Source of the DNA: a virus | Taxonomy: Duplodnaviria > Caudoviricetes | Reading direction: 5' to 3' (one strand) | Length of the DNA stretch: 64,000 nucleotides | IMG/VR virus record: IMGVR_UViG_3300027759_000007 | Coordinates: 1,145-65,144 of that record | In this document: positions 63,656 to 64,000 of the stretch, piece after piece | How positions within the stretch are numbered: the stretch's first letter is position 1 | How the letters are laid out: every line of letters starts with the position of its first letter | The notes under the pieces: generated by a model | Database searches by the model: none | Told to the model about the DNA's origin: nothing | The model's input: only the letters and a program-made list of their open reading frames with translations | Made by a program: the position numbers and the translations under genes

Positions 63656-64000
63656 AAGAACACACCCTCAAAGAACTTGCAGACATCGGAGCCGATGCGG
63701 CATTTGCTAATAACAAAGGCGGCCACTATATGAGTGTATCGAAGAAATTCCATTCATGGGACGCAGACGAACCAGCTCGCCAAGCATTCGCGCAAGCGGT
63801 GAGGGACGCGGTCATCAAGGATTTGGTAACGAATCTAGTTTCGTTACCTACCGAACCCGTCCTCGTCCCACTCGACATCGACGACATCCGCGCAACGGAT
63901 GAGTTTCGTCACAAAGAATCGCTTGTCATTGAAACCGTGGACCACTGGAACTGCGGAGAAGTGGGTTTGGCATGGAGTGACACCCCTACCTATGCCGAAC
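63652..64000 (+). CDS. Hypothetical protein, runs off the window end
   Basis: Open frame from ATG 63652 (ATGA overlap) to 64000. Confidence 0.55.
   Translation, partial: MKEHTLKELADIGADAAFANNKGGHYMSVSKKFHSWDADEPARQAFAQAVRDAVIKDLVTNLVSLPTEPVLVPLDIDDIRATDEFRHKESLVIETVDHWNCGEVGLAWSDTPTYAE

Larger units (their letters stand above)
1..64000. mobile_element. Tailed dsDNA bacteriophage genome (most of it), probably podovirus-like
   Basis: Terminase, portal, capsid, replication and lysis genes are densely packed in large same-strand blocks. No host housekeeping genes and no integrase are visible. Confidence 0.95.

Overview
The window is most or all of a tailed dsDNA bacteriophage genome, probably podovirus-like: no tape measure or tail tube gene is evident, and there is a 3079-aa ejection-type protein. 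The delta-60/choice-of-anchor-D virion proteins and SD-poor, A/C-rich start contexts suggest a Verrucomicrobiota-like host (inference). The + strand from 1 to 20.4 kb carries an XRE regulator, primase-helicase, Cas4-like nuclease, SSB, a ~500-nt structured non-coding region, family A DNA polymerase, VRR-NUC, SNF2 helicase, HNH, large terminase and a six-gene glycosyl/methyltransferase locus. The - strand from 20.3 to 58.3 kb carries a candidate small terminase, homing endonuclease, portal, scaffold, capsid, duplicated fibre modules, lysis genes, tail proteins and internal virion proteins. The + strand from 58.7 to 64 kb carries small early genes punctuated by a repeated leader motif. Most notable: (1) a 7-bladed delta-60 propeller split mid-blade into two genes, with a mucin-like Thr tail at the break and a Maf-like/FkbM plus GT2 cassette in the gap, a candidate virion self-glycosylation system; (2) a multi-domain ncRNA with tRNA-like modules; (3) a shared C-terminal [DE]W[IV] motif on five DNA-handling proteins; (4) an L,D-transpeptidase-like domain inside the giant protein. 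All family assignments are motif recognition by eye; no searches were run.
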